A program made the position numbers and the translations under genes. Positions 18,577-29,137 of a stretch of DNA of 64,000 bases are shown here, piece by piece. Source of the DNA: Desulfosudaceae bacterium (GTDB lineage: Bacteria > Desulfobacterota > Desulfobacteria > Desulfobacterales > Desulfosudaceae). The notes under the pieces were generated by a model. It worked only from the letters and a program-made list of their open reading frames with translations. It was not told the DNA's origin and made no database searches. The stretch lies in the NCBI GenBank assembly GCA_963674745.2, contig CAXXDV010000003.1, positions 1,504,001 through 1,568,000 on the forward strand, given 5' to 3'. Position 1 is the stretch's first letter; the number at the start of each line of letters is the position of its first letter.

Positions 18577-19905
18577 ATGACTCAAACTTACGATTTCATC
18601 GTTATCGGTTCCGGGCCGGGCGGCGCCACCCTGGCCCGGGAACTGGCCCGGGCGGGGAAGCGGATTCTGCTGCTGGAAAAAGGCCGGTATCATCGCTTTG
18701 TCGGCACCTACCCGGGTGCCCTGGCCATGCTGGATCGAGGGGGGTTCTTCAAAAGCCGGGAGGGACTTACCATGCTCAAAGCCACCACGGTGGGCGGTGC
18801 CACTATGCTTTATTCCGGTTCAGCCGCCATGCCGCCTCACTGGCTAAAATCGAAATACGGAATCGATCTTGAAAAATATGCTGAACGTGTCTGTGCCGAA
18901 TTGAATGTGGATATCCTGCCTCCGGAATACCTGGGGGAAGCCTCCCGGCTCGTGATGGCGGCCGGAAACCGGTTGGGCCAGGAATGGGAGCCCATGCCCA
19001 AATTCATCGACCAGAAAAAGATTAAAAACGGTCGTATCAGCGGCGCCAACACTTCCCTGGGCCAGAATTTCGGCGAACGCTGGACGGCCCGGGATTACGT
19101 CAATGACGCGGTAAAGGCCGGCGCCGAACTGATAACACAGGCGGATTGCCGGGAAATCATCGTACACCGGCAAACAGCTACCGGCGTTATGGTGAGTATT
19201 AAAAACGGCTCCCCGCAAGCCTTCTATGCCGATCGTATCATCCTGGCCGCCGGCGGCATCCCCTCTCCTGTATTATTGAAACGGGCCGGCATTCAAGCTG
19301 CCGGACAGGGCTGCGTGGTGGACCCAACGGTACTGGTTTACGGCATATGCCCTTCAGGAGGCACATGGCGGGACCCGCTGGTCAGCGTCGTCTCCTGGAA
19401 ATGGTACGACAGTGACGGCATCCGCCTGGGCACCTTGATCGATCCCTGGCTGATGACCATGATCGGACTTGCCAAAAGCCACTGGCGACATGTTTTTAAA
19501 ATTATTAAATACAGAAAAATGATCGGCATCCTGGTCAAGGTCAAGGATGAAATCGGCGGCTGGGTCAATGAAAAAGGCGAGGTATCCAAATCCTTGACAT
19601 CGGCGGACATGCATAAGCTGGAAAAAGGTATCGGCCTGGCCCGTGAGGTGTTGATCGAAACCGGTTGCCCGGAGCGCACTATTGTCGCAGGGGAAATCCG
19701 GGGGGCACATCCCAGCGGTACCTGCCGTATCGGAGACGTGTTGGACGAAAATCTTGAAACCCGGAAAATCAAAAACCTGTTTGTCTGTGACGCCAGCGTT
19801 TTTCCCGAGGCCCTGGATCGCCCCACGGTGGTTACCATCATTGCTTTCGGGTATCGCCTGGCCGAATACTTGCTGAAGAACGAAAAACTGAAAACGGGGT
19901 TTTAA
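18577..19905 (+). CDS. GMC-family FAD oxidoreductase
   Basis: GSGPGG FAD motif, 'VGGATM', C-terminal 'HPSGTCRIG...NLFVCDASVFP'. Confidence 0.85.
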   Translation: MTQTYDFIVIGSGPGGATLARELARAGKRILLLEKGRYHRFVGTYPGALAMLDRGGFFKSREGLTMLKATTVGGATMLYSGSAAMPPHWLKSKYGIDLEKYAERVCAELNVDILPPEYLGEASRLVMAAGNRLGQEWEPMPKFIDQKKIKNGRISGANTSLGQNFGERWTARDYVNDAVKAGAELITQADCREIIVHRQTATGVMVSIKNGSPQAFYADRIILAAGGIPSPVLLKRAGIQAAGQGCVVDPTVLVYGICPSGGTWRDPLVSVVSWKWYDSDGIRLGTLIDPWLMTMIGLAKSHWRHVFKIIKYRKMIGILVKVKDEIGGWVNEKGEVSKSLTSADMHKLEKGIGLAREVLIETGCPERTIVAGEIRGAHPSGTCRIGDVLDENLETRKIKNLFVCDASVFPEALDRPTVVTIIAFGYRLAEYLLKNEKLKTGF

Positions 19906-19945
19906 GCCTTTTTTGTATGTGAACCCCTTCGGCCTTCCCGCCCCC

Positions 19946-22900
19946 TTAACTTTTGATAATGTCTAAAAATATTTTAACTAATGTCGGGTCAAATTGTGTG
20001 CCGGCATTTTCTTCTAATTCTGCAATGATTATCGGTTTACTTAGACTGTTTCTGTAAGGACGGTTTGTTGACATTGCATCATACGAATCAACAATCGATA
20101 ACATCCTGGATTCAACCGGAATAGAAGAACCTGCCAAGCCCTCTGGATATCCCGACCCATCGAAACGTTCATGATGATAATAAACATTTTCCAAATATCC
20201 CTTGAGAAAATCTATCGGTTGAAGAATCTTATATCCGCGGACGGGATGCAGCTTCATCTCTTCAAACTCGTCTTTTGTTAACGGTCCCTCTTTGTTTAGT
20301 ATATTTTCAGGGGTTCCTATTTTGCCTATATCGTGAAGGAATGAGATAATCTTGATTTTGTCTACTTCTTCTTTTGGATAATCAAGCCTTTTGGCAAAAA
20401 TTTCCATTAATTGTGCAACACGTTCCGAATGGCCATATGTGTAATGATCTTTCGCATCGATAGTCGATATTAAAACGTTTGTTGTTGCCTCGTAGTTTTT
20501 TGTGATGGAGTTCTGGTACTCTTTTATTGTTTCATGGTTTTTGATTAACGATTTTATTCTGGCAATCAATTCTTTTAAGTTGAACGGCTTGGTCAGATAG
20601 TCATCCGCTCCACTCTCAAGCCCGTCGATCCTTGCCTCGACCTCTGTCTTTGCGGTCAACATAATTATCGGTGTCTGCTTGAGGTGCTTATCTTCCCTGA
20701 TGGCACGCGTCATCTGGTAACCGTCCATGATCGGCATCATCACGTCTGTGATGATGATGTCGGGATGCAGCTCTTTTGCCTTCTCCAGACCGTCCTGCCC
20801 GTCCACGGCAACGTCGACAGTGTAGCCTTTGACTTCAAGGAGCCGTATAATCAAGCTACGCATGTGAGCGCTGTCTTCTACTAAAAGGATGTTCGTTTTA
20901 TCACTGACGTCGGATCTAACCGAAGAGCTGATTGTTGTCTGAGGATCTTCAGTAACAAGCGCATGCGCTTTAAAATCTATCATTTCCCTCATACCGAAAA
21001 ATCTTCTTTGATCAGACACCATCTCCTCTTGTTCATTCGCCTTAACAAACTCAACCCCTGCCCTGCCTTCAAGGTGCGCCTTGCCCTTGGGAATCGTGAC
21101 GGTAAATGTCGTTCCATGGTCGTCCGGATACTCATCGATCTGACTGCTTACTACCGATATAGTCCCCCCGTGCATCTCTGTGAGTTCCTTCGCAAGCGAG
21201 AGCCCTATTCCTGTCCCCACGTTCATTCGTGTTAAATTTGAGTCTGCCTGTTCATAACGATAAAAAATGAAATCCAGCATATCGGAAGGGATTCCGATAC
21301 CGGTATCTTTAAAATCGACATAGCAGTACCTGTTATCTTCCCGTATCCGTACCTCTATTTTCCCCCCTTTATCAGTGAACTTCAGCGCATTAGAGAGCAG
21401 GTTCATGGCTATTCTATCTGCTTTTGCTGAATCAAGAAACAATGGAAGCGACTCTGTACTCGAGACAAATGAGACTTCAACACCTTTGGACTCCGCAGCG
21501 GGTTTAATCGTTTCGGTATAGTTTTTCAGTAATTTGGCGAAATCGACCTCTCTGACCACCGTGGTCATTTTTCCTTCTTTAATTTTCGAGAAATCCAGAA
21601 TATTGTTGACCAGCCGAAGCAGTCGAATCGCGTTCCTTTGAATGTTTTCCGCAAATGCTTTGTCCACTTCTTTGCTGTATTCTCCCTGCAACACTGATTC
21701 GACCGGCGATAAAATCAATGTTAAAGGTGTTCTTATCTCATGGGTGATGTTGGCAAAAAAGTCGGTTTTAAGCCTGTCCATTTCTTTGAGTTTATCATTT
21801 GCTTCGATCAGCTTCTGTGTCCGGTTCTGCACCTCATCCTCAAGGCCTGTATTCAGAGCCTTCAGTTCGTTATTAGCCGTATTGATTTTATCGGCCAGGC
21901 AGAGGGAAATAAGGATAATTTGCATTGCTGCACCGATCTGTATGCCATGGGTGGTCCAGAACGTTTCCGGAAGTAAAGCAAACGTTTTCAATAAGAACAG
22001 AGCGCTGCCCACAATGAAGAACAGAAAAGATAACGAGACAAAAAACAACTGTTTTGATCTGACCTTTTTCATCACAATGACTGCGAGTGACACGGGACCG
22101 CCGACAACAAGTGCTATTGCCACAATCAGGTCTGTAGCAATCAATGCTATTTCGTCGCTATTAAAAATCAGTGTGACCGCGGATGCGATTAAGGCGATTA
22201 TCACCAGTGCCTTTAAAAGATTATCTACTGGTTTTGATATTTCCCAGAACTTTGTTAAATGCCGGCCAAACTGAACAAGGGAAAAAACAGCCAGGCCCAG
22301 AAATACCGGGATACAAATGTTTGACCACCATACTGATCTCGGCCACAAGAACTGGACTGCCACTCCGGTCAGAGACATATGGAGCAGGGTAAACACCGCG
22401 ATCCAGACGATATAATAGAAATAACTGATGTCCCTTAAAGACAGGAATAAAAGAAGATTATAGACAAACATTATTATAAAAAAACCGTAGAACATCCACA
22501 TAACAGGCGTTTCGGTATAAACATGTTCCTCAAAGGCTTTATTTGACCAGCAAACGAGGTTGATGTTGATAGCACTGGTTGATTCAAAGCGGAGAAAATA
22601 TGTGTCCGTGTCCCCGGGTCCCAGTGTGAGAGGAAATACAAAATTTTTATATCGATAGGGCCTTTTTGAAAAAGGGAGCTTATCTCCCGTTTTAATCTCT
22701 TTATATTGACCATCCATGCCCGGTACAAATAAACTGATATGGTCAATAAGCGGGTATTTCTGCTCGAGCATCCATTCAATCTTTTTGCCGGTAGGATTAC
22801 TTACTTGAAAGCGTACCCAATATGTATCTTTGGTAAAACCGAACCCCAGGCTTTCCTGGTTCGATTTCTGCCATTTCAGCATATCATCCGTTTTGTCGGC

Positions 22901-23071
22901 CAGAATCTTGCCGATTGACAGACTTTTTTTACTATCTATGAGATACTCAGCACTTAAGGCCGGTTTTATCATGGAGAAATTATCATCAAATATAATAGAA
23001 TCAAGAGCCAGAGCTGGCAATGTGAATGTAACTATAAGTAATGTAAAAAAAAAGATCTTATTGAATTTCAT
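19946..23071 (-). CDS. 7TM-DISM sensor hybrid histidine kinase with receiver and HD-GYP domains
   Basis: Signal peptide, DISMED2 'GFGFTKDTYWVRF', multiple TM helices, 'FFANITHEIRTPL', 'NLLSNALKFT', 'GTGIGL', REC 'TDVMMP', 'HDIGK', 'HHERFDGSGYP'. Start uncertain (23071/23092). Confidence 0.9.
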   Translation of the reverse strand: MKFNKIFFFTLLIVTFTLPALALDSIIFDDNFSMIKPALSAEYLIDSKKSLSIGKILADKTDDMLKWQKSNQESLGFGFTKDTYWVRFQVSNPTGKKIEWMLEQKYPLIDHISLFVPGMDGQYKEIKTGDKLPFSKRPYRYKNFVFPLTLGPGDTDTYFLRFESTSAININLVCWSNKAFEEHVYTETPVMWMFYGFFIIMFVYNLLLFLSLRDISYFYYIVWIAVFTLLHMSLTGVAVQFLWPRSVWWSNICIPVFLGLAVFSLVQFGRHLTKFWEISKPVDNLLKALVIIALIASAVTLIFNSDEIALIATDLIVAIALVVGGPVSLAVIVMKKVRSKQLFFVSLSFLFFIVGSALFLLKTFALLPETFWTTHGIQIGAAMQIILISLCLADKINTANNELKALNTGLEDEVQNRTQKLIEANDKLKEMDRLKTDFFANITHEIRTPLTLILSPVESVLQGEYSKEVDKAFAENIQRNAIRLLRLVNNILDFSKIKEGKMTTVVREVDFAKLLKNYTETIKPAAESKGVEVSFVSSTESLPLFLDSAKADRIAMNLLSNALKFTDKGGKIEVRIREDNRYCYVDFKDTGIGIPSDMLDFIFYRYEQADSNLTRMNVGTGIGLSLAKELTEMHGGTISVVSSQIDEYPDDHGTTFTVTIPKGKAHLEGRAGVEFVKANEQEEMVSDQRRFFGMREMIDFKAHALVTEDPQTTISSSVRSDVSDKTNILLVEDSAHMRSLIIRLLEVKGYTVDVAVDGQDGLEKAKELHPDIIITDVMMPIMDGYQMTRAIREDKHLKQTPIIMLTAKTEVEARIDGLESGADDYLTKPFNLKELIARIKSLIKNHETIKEYQNSITKNYEATTNVLISTIDAKDHYTYGHSERVAQLMEIFAKRLDYPKEEVDKIKIISFLHDIGKIGTPENILNKEGPLTKDEFEEMKLHPVRGYKILQPIDFLKGYLENVYYHHERFDGSGYPEGLAGSSIPVESRMLSIVDSYDAMSTNRPYRNSLSKPIIIAELEENAGTQFDPTLVKIFLDIIKS

Positions 23072-23372
23072 GGGATAAATGGAAAATTTCATAAATTTAA
23101 ATATAGCATGACCAGCTTTGTGCGGCAATAATTTATTGTCTGCAGTTGCAAACAAACAAAACAATCAAATCATCCGTATTTGCCGTTCCCACCGGAGACC
23201 CGCCATTTGAGTCTGCCCTATTACTTTATATGACAGAAAACCGTATAATGTCCCGGGAATTACGTATGATACGGCCTCTCCGCTACCGGCTTTACTGGGC
23301 CTTTTACAACAAAAAGAACGGAAATCAGTATTTTATCCCCGGAATCACCTGAAACATCTCATGGCGGACACA

Positions 23373-23389
23373 TTGACTTAATCGGTCAA
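23373..23389. promoter_or_regulatory. Palindromic operator-like site TTGAC-N7-GTCAA upstream of the LolA-like/ABC operon
   Basis: TTGACTTAATCGGTCAA, overlapping a -35-like TTGACT. Confidence 0.4.
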
Positions 23390-23432
23390 ATAAGCTAATC
23401 ATTTATTTTACACATTTTTCGGGGGGGGAGAC

Positions 23433-23693
23433 ATGCGCAATAAAACACTCATTGCCAAGGGACTGGATCCGAACATTCACATTCCCAAGCCGAATGGCTA
23501 TACCCTTCCTTTCGCAGTATCTTGCGACTTTGCCTGCCGACAGCGAAAAGGCCGTCAGAATCCGCGAACTTTTAGAACAGGCAAAGAAGAAAAAATGAGC
23601 TGCGGCAATCTGGATATCAAAAATCAGCTCCATCTTTATCTCGACAACCTCAATAAAGTGCTGGGTGCCAACCCGGATGGGAGGCGTGCATGA
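23433..23693 (+). CDS. Short hypothetical ORF (possibly a gene remnant)
   Basis: RBS GGAG; ATGA overlap with the next gene; no recognisable motif. Confidence 0.3.
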   Translation: MRNKTLIAKGLDPNIHIPKPNGYTLPFAVSCDFACRQRKGRQNPRTFRTGKEEKMSCGNLDIKNQLHLYLDNLNKVLGANPDGRRA

Positions 23694-24442
23694 AACGAAT
23701 GATATTGATCACCCTGTGCATGATGCTGGTCCCGGGACTGACAATTGCGGCCGAACCGTCAGCGGAAAGTGTTATCGGTGACGCCCTGGATCAGATGCGC
23801 GGCCTGACCAGTGAATCCGTAAACACAATGACCATTCACCGTCCCGACTGGGAACGGACGATGACGATCAAAGGTTACACCAGCGGCCGTGAAAACAGTA
23901 TTTTCTGGGTGTTGTCCCCGCCCAAGGACGAAGGCAACGGCACCCTTAAGCAGCAGAATGAGATGTGGACATACAACCCCAAGGTCAATCGGGTGATCAA
24001 GCTGCCGCCATCCATGATGGCACAGTCATGGATGGGATCGGATTTTTCCAACGATGACCTGGCCAAGTCCGACACCATCGTCAACGACTACAACCATCAA
24101 CTGACGTCCACAAAAACGGTCAACGGGAAAAAGGTATATGTCATCGAAAGTCCGGCCAAACAGCAGGCGCCGGTCATCTGGGGCAAGCTGCGTTTTGAAA
24201 TCCGGGAGGACAACGTCCTGCTCAAGGAGGAATTTTTTGACGAGGACGGCGAACTGGTCAAAACCATGGATACGCTGGAAATCAAAACCATGGGCGGCCG
24301 GATTCTGCCCGCGACCTGGAAAATCTACAAGACGGACGTTGATGATGAATATACCCTGCTGGTTGTGGATGAAATCAAATTCAACATAGACCTGCCGGCC
24401 AACCTGTTCACCCGTTCGGCCCTGAAAAATCCGCCGAGGTAA
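23690..24442 (+). CDS. LolA-like outer-membrane lipoprotein-sorting protein
   Basis: Signal peptide; 'MWTYNPKVNRVIKLPPSMMAQSWMGSDFSNDDL'. Confidence 0.88.
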   Translation: MKRMILITLCMMLVPGLTIAAEPSAESVIGDALDQMRGLTSESVNTMTIHRPDWERTMTIKGYTSGRENSIFWVLSPPKDEGNGTLKQQNEMWTYNPKVNRVIKLPPSMMAQSWMGSDFSNDDLAKSDTIVNDYNHQLTSTKTVNGKKVYVIESPAKQQAPVIWGKLRFEIREDNVLLKEEFFDEDGELVKTMDTLEIKTMGGRILPATWKIYKTDVDDEYTLLVVDEIKFNIDLPANLFTRSALKNPPR

Positions 24443-24445
24443 ACC

Positions 24446-25684
24446 ATGGGCATCGACCTTAAAATTGCCTGGCGCAACATCTGGCGTAACCGCCGCCGGT
24501 CGATACTGACCATTCTGGCCATTGCTTTCGCCTGCCTGCTGCTGGTGTTCATGCTCTCCTTTCAGCTCGGCTCCTACGCGGACATGATCCGGTTTTCCCT
24601 GCGGATTCACACCGGCCACCTGCAGATCAAGGCCGACGGTTATCAAAAGGACAAGGACATTCGCAAAGTCGTCTCCGATCCCGGGGCTGTGGCCGAAATC
24701 CTCCAGGCCCAACCCGGGGTGGCCGACTACACCTTCCGGGCCAATGCCTTCTCCCTGCTCTCGTCCCACGACCGTACTTACGGCGTGATGGTCTCGGGCA
24801 TCGATCCCCAACGGGAGGCCCGGGTGACGACCATAAAACACGTCATCCGCCAGGGGGCATACCTTTCCGGGGGCGATAACAACGAGGCCATTATCGGCAA
24901 CCTCCTGGCCGAAAACCTCAAGGTCGGGGCGGGCGATGAAATGGTTCTGCTGGGTCAGGCCCGGGACGGTTCAGTGGCCGCCAGCATGCTGACGGTTACC
25001 GGTATTTTTTCTTCCGGCCAGACGGACATGGACCGCTCCGTGGCCCTGATTACCCTGGACACGTTTGATCGTCTCTATTTCATGCGAGGGGCCGTGCACG
25101 AAGTGGTAGCCGTCTGCCCTGCTTTGGGCGACGTCAAACCGGCGCAGGCGGCTGTTCAAAAAGCGCTGGACGGCCTGAAGACCCGCCGTCATTTGAGGGT
25201 ATGGAACTGGCAGGAACTGATTCCGGGCCTGCTGCAGGGCATTAAAATTGATTTCTTTTCCGGGATCATTTTCTACATGATCATGGTTATCGTGGTCGCT
25301 TTCAGCATTTTAAACACTTTTCTCATGGCTGTCTTCGAGCGCACCCGTGAGTTCGGCGTTTTGCTGGCCCTGGGCGTTACCCACGGCCGGTTGACACGCC
25401 TGTTGTTACTGGAATCGTCTTTTCTCTGCGCCGTGGGTATGGTGGCCGGCATCACCGGCGGCGCTCTAATAACACTCTATTTCCAGCAGAACGGCATACA
25501 TATCTCCGGTGCTTCGGAAATTCTCAAATCATACGGCCTGCCGGAAGTGCTGCGGCCCAGGCTGTCCTGGGTCACCATCATTTCGGGCCCGGCGGTGGTC
25601 TTCGCGGTCACCTTTCTGACGGCCCTGTATCCGGCCCTGAGGGCCCGGAAACTGAAACCGGCGGCAGCCATGCACGCCGCCTGA
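24446..25684 (+). CDS. ABC transporter permease (MacB/FtsX/LolE type)
   Basis: 'AWRNIWRNRRRS', 'ERTREFGVLLALG', 'LYPALRA'. Confidence 0.9.
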   Translation: MGIDLKIAWRNIWRNRRRSILTILAIAFACLLLVFMLSFQLGSYADMIRFSLRIHTGHLQIKADGYQKDKDIRKVVSDPGAVAEILQAQPGVADYTFRANAFSLLSSHDRTYGVMVSGIDPQREARVTTIKHVIRQGAYLSGGDNNEAIIGNLLAENLKVGAGDEMVLLGQARDGSVAASMLTVTGIFSSGQTDMDRSVALITLDTFDRLYFMRGAVHEVVAVCPALGDVKPAQAAVQKALDGLKTRRHLRVWNWQELIPGLLQGIKIDFFSGIIFYMIMVIVVAFSILNTFLMAVFERTREFGVLLALGVTHGRLTRLLLLESSFLCAVGMVAGITGGALITLYFQQNGIHISGASEILKSYGLPEVLRPRLSWVTIISGPAVVFAVTFLTALYPALRARKLKPAAAMHAA

Positions 25685-25698
25685 CAAGGAAAATAAAT

Positions 25699-26925
25699 AT
25701 GTACCGGCAACTGGCCTGGCGAAACATCTGGCGCAACCCGAAACGGACCGCGGTTATTCTGACGGCCGTGGTAATCGGCGTATGGAGCATGATATTTCTG
25801 GGCGGCGTCATGGCCGGCATGTACGACGCCATGATCGAAAACCAGTTATCCGCGCTGACCGGCCATATCCAGATCCATCATCCCGACTATCGCAATGATC
25901 CGGTAGTGGAATACAGCATCAATGATCCGGCAATAGTGGCCAACGCCCTGCAACGTGTCCTGCCGCCGGGAGCCGTCCGGGCCGATCGTGTCCGCGTGTC
26001 GGCCATTGCCCAGAACGCCCGGCATTCCGCCGGAATTACCATGGTAGGGATACAGCCTGAAAAAGAGGCCGAAATATCCTTTATCGGGCAGGCCGTCACC
26101 GAGGGACGCTTTATAAAAAACGAACAAGACGATTACGGCATCGTCATTGGCCGGGCTCTGGCAGAAGATTTTGAAACAAAAATCGGCAAGAAACTCATTC
26201 TCATGAGCCAGGGCGCCGACGGGGAGATCCAGTCCCGGGCTTTTCGAATCGTCGGCATCTACCAGGCCCAGATGCAAGCCACGGAAAAGGCTTACGTGTT
26301 CGTCAGCCTGCCGGCGGCGCAGGACATGCTCAAAATGGGTAACGCCATTTCCGAAGTAGCGGTGCTGCTGCCGGATCGCGGGGCCACCGGACAGGTGGTT
26401 TCGGCCCTGCGGGAACGGCTGCCGCAGAACCGTTATGAAGTGGCGGGTTTCCGGGAGCTGATGCCGCTGATAACAGCCCAGGTTGAACTCTGGGACACTT
26501 TCATGATTCTCTGGTACGTGGTCATATTCGTGGCCATGGGTTTTGGCATCACCAACACCATCCTCATGGCCGTGATGGAGCGCATCCGTGAATTCGGCCT
26601 GGTCAAATCCCTGGGCATGAGACCCCGCCAGATCGTTGCACTGGTGTTAATGGAAGGGTCGCTTCTCCTGGCCCTGGGCATTCTCATCGGCAACCTGACC
26701 GGGTTTGCCAGCATCTGGGCCCTGGCGCAAAGGGGCATCGACCTGTCCGTATTCGCCGCCGGCGCGGAACGGTTCTCCATTCCCCGGATCATTTATCCGA
26801 CCATTCACATGAGTGATGTGATCCGGGCCAACCTGGTGGTTCTGGTCCTCGGTATCCTGGTCAGCTTATACCCGGCCATCAGAGCCGCGCGAATTACGCC
26901 GGTGGAGGCACTGACGAAAACGTAA
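25699..26925 (+). CDS. ABC transporter permease (MacB/FtsX/LolE type)
   Basis: 'AWRNIWRNPKRT', 'ERIREFGLVKSLGM', 'YPAIRAARITPVEAL'. Confidence 0.9.
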   Translation: MYRQLAWRNIWRNPKRTAVILTAVVIGVWSMIFLGGVMAGMYDAMIENQLSALTGHIQIHHPDYRNDPVVEYSINDPAIVANALQRVLPPGAVRADRVRVSAIAQNARHSAGITMVGIQPEKEAEISFIGQAVTEGRFIKNEQDDYGIVIGRALAEDFETKIGKKLILMSQGADGEIQSRAFRIVGIYQAQMQATEKAYVFVSLPAAQDMLKMGNAISEVAVLLPDRGATGQVVSALRERLPQNRYEVAGFRELMPLITAQVELWDTFMILWYVVIFVAMGFGITNTILMAVMERIREFGLVKSLGMRPRQIVALVLMEGSLLLALGILIGNLTGFASIWALAQRGIDLSVFAAGAERFSIPRIIYPTIHMSDVIRANLVVLVLGILVSLYPAIRAARITPVEALTKT

Positions 26926-26946
26926 AACACTGCGTTCAGGAAGGAA

Positions 26947-27633
26947 ATGGTTATGAACATTGTCGAAACCCGTAACGTCAAAAAAGTATACAACCAGGGC
27001 AAGGTTCAAGTAGAGGCCCTCCGGGGGGTCAGCCTGGAGATTGAAAAAGGGGCCTTCATCGCCCTGGCCGGTCCTTCGGGATCGGGAAAGACCACTCTGC
27101 TCAACATCATCGGCGGTCTGGACGGCATGGACGAAGGCTCGGTCAGTGTGGAGGACAACGATATCGGTGCCATGTCCCAATCCGACCTGGCCCGCCTGCG
27201 GCTGAACCGCATCGGCTTTATCTTTCAGGCCTACAACCTGGTACCGGTCCTGTCGGCCGAAGAAAACGTGGAGTTTATCATGCTGCTGCAGGGAATTCCC
27301 GGGGCCGAACGCCGGGACCGCGCGCGAACCATACTGGACGAGGTGGGGCTGGAAAACATGTATAACCGGCGACCCGCCGAGCTTTCCGGCGGACAGCAGC
27401 AGCGGGTGGCGGTGGCACGCGCTATTGTTTCCAACCCGGCCATTGTGCTGGCCGACGAGCCCACCGCCAACCTGGATTCGGCAACCGGTGAAAGCCTGCT
27501 GGGCCTGATGCGCCGGATGAACGAGGACAAGCAGGTAACGTTTGTGTTTTCCACCCATGATAAAATGGTCATGGACCAAGCCCGGCGCCTGGTTTATCTC
27601 AAGGACGGCCGGATTGAAGACGACATGGCATGA
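26947..27633 (+). CDS. ABC transporter ATP-binding protein (LolD-like)
   Basis: GPSGSGKT, LSGGQQQ, LADEPTANLD, STHD. Confidence 0.93.
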   Translation: MVMNIVETRNVKKVYNQGKVQVEALRGVSLEIEKGAFIALAGPSGSGKTTLLNIIGGLDGMDEGSVSVEDNDIGAMSQSDLARLRLNRIGFIFQAYNLVPVLSAEENVEFIMLLQGIPGAERRDRARTILDEVGLENMYNRRPAELSGGQQQRVAVARAIVSNPAIVLADEPTANLDSATGESLLGLMRRMNEDKQVTFVFSTHDKMVMDQARRLVYLKDGRIEDDMA

Positions 27634-28979
27634 ATCAACACCCCGATCGAATAAAACGCTACGTTTATTTCCTGACCGCACTCGCACTGTCGTGTCTTCC
27701 GGCCGGCATTCAGCCGTCAGTAGCGGCCGACTGGGCGACGTCGCTACCGGGTCATTTCGGGGGGCATCTGAAAATCAGCGGTCAATTGTCCCACCTGCCC
27801 GACGATGCCCTGCTCGCAGCCGGGGGCGGAAGAACCCTCAGGGACGGCATCGGTGAACTACGCCTTACCTGGCGTCATGATTTCCTCGACGACTTTTCCT
27901 TTACCGTCCATTATGAAAATCTGGTTTCCGGTGGTGACAGCCGGTCTCAACAACAGGCGGTAGGAAAAAGCCTGCCCCACCTTTCGGATACCGCCTTTTT
28001 TGATGACGGTGTCCCCGAAGATGACCGTCGCCTGTTTGACCTGACCGGGCAATTGGACGAAGGCAACAATCGCATCTGGTATCACCGCCTGGATCGAATC
28101 TTTCTCTCCTGGCGCTCCGGGCCGGTGGACATCCGGGCAGGCCGACAGGCTGTGACCTGGGGTAACGGACTGGTTTTCAATCCCATGGATCTGTTCAATC
28201 CTTTTTCGCCAACCGACGTGGTGCGGGACTACAAAACCGGCGATGATCTGCTTTCAGTGGAAATCAACGGCACTTCAAGGAACCTGCATCTGCTCTACGT
28301 GCCCCGGCGAAACCCTGCCGATCATAAAATCTCCTGGGATCACTCGTCCCTGGCCGCAAAGTATCATTTTTATCTGGCCGGGCTGGAAATGGATCTAATG
28401 GCGGGCAAACATTACCGGGATATGGTGGTCGGGACAGGCCTGACCGGTTATCTGGGCCCTGCGGCCTGGCGCCTGGACAGTGTCCTGACGATACCCGACG
28501 ATGATGACGCCCTCTGGTCCGGCGAAAAGGATCATCGTGCCGACCTGTCCCTTATCGCCAACATCGACCGCTCTTGGTTCTGGTTTAAAAAGAACTGGTA
28601 TGGTTTTCTGGAGCTTTATTACAACGGGCTGATGAGTGACGATTACGCCCGCGACACCGCCCTGCCCTATATCACCGAACGCCTGAAGCGAGGCGATCTA
28701 TACAATCTGGGAAAACTCTATGCCACTGCCATGATCCAATTTGAAGTCCACCCGCTGGTGAATCTGTACCTGACCGCAATCGTTAATGTAAACGACCCCT
28801 CGGGTGTGCTCCTGCCCCGCCTGATTTATGACATCACCCAGAACGGACAAGTCACCCTGGGCGGCAGCCTGAACGTTGGCGGTCATGGTACCGAATATGG
28901 CGGCCGGGATATCCCTTATACCGGCCTCAATAACTCGCCCGCTGACACGATCTACCTGAGAATTACCCGTTTTTTCTGA
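27630..28979 (+). CDS. Putative outer-membrane beta-barrel protein
   Basis: Signal peptide, 'GRQAVTWGNG...NPMDLFNP', C-terminal aromatic residues (ITRFF). Confidence 0.7.
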   Translation: MNQHPDRIKRYVYFLTALALSCLPAGIQPSVAADWATSLPGHFGGHLKISGQLSHLPDDALLAAGGGRTLRDGIGELRLTWRHDFLDDFSFTVHYENLVSGGDSRSQQQAVGKSLPHLSDTAFFDDGVPEDDRRLFDLTGQLDEGNNRIWYHRLDRIFLSWRSGPVDIRAGRQAVTWGNGLVFNPMDLFNPFSPTDVVRDYKTGDDLLSVEINGTSRNLHLLYVPRRNPADHKISWDHSSLAAKYHFYLAGLEMDLMAGKHYRDMVVGTGLTGYLGPAAWRLDSVLTIPDDDDALWSGEKDHRADLSLIANIDRSWFWFKKNWYGFLELYYNGLMSDDYARDTALPYITERLKRGDLYNLGKLYATAMIQFEVHPLVNLYLTAIVNVNDPSGVLLPRLIYDITQNGQVTLGGSLNVGGHGTEYGGRDIPYTGLNNSPADTIYLRITRFF

Positions 28980-29137
28980 TAAAGGGGCTTCGAGAAAAAA
29001 GCGCAGCCTTTATAAAATTCCTTATTTAAAGGTTGAAAACGGTTGTTTTTCATCTGTTTCTCTTTTAATATCATTTTTTTTAACCCGGCCCGGCCTCAAA
29101 AAGAGCTGTTAGATATACATTTGCTATAAAAATCGAA

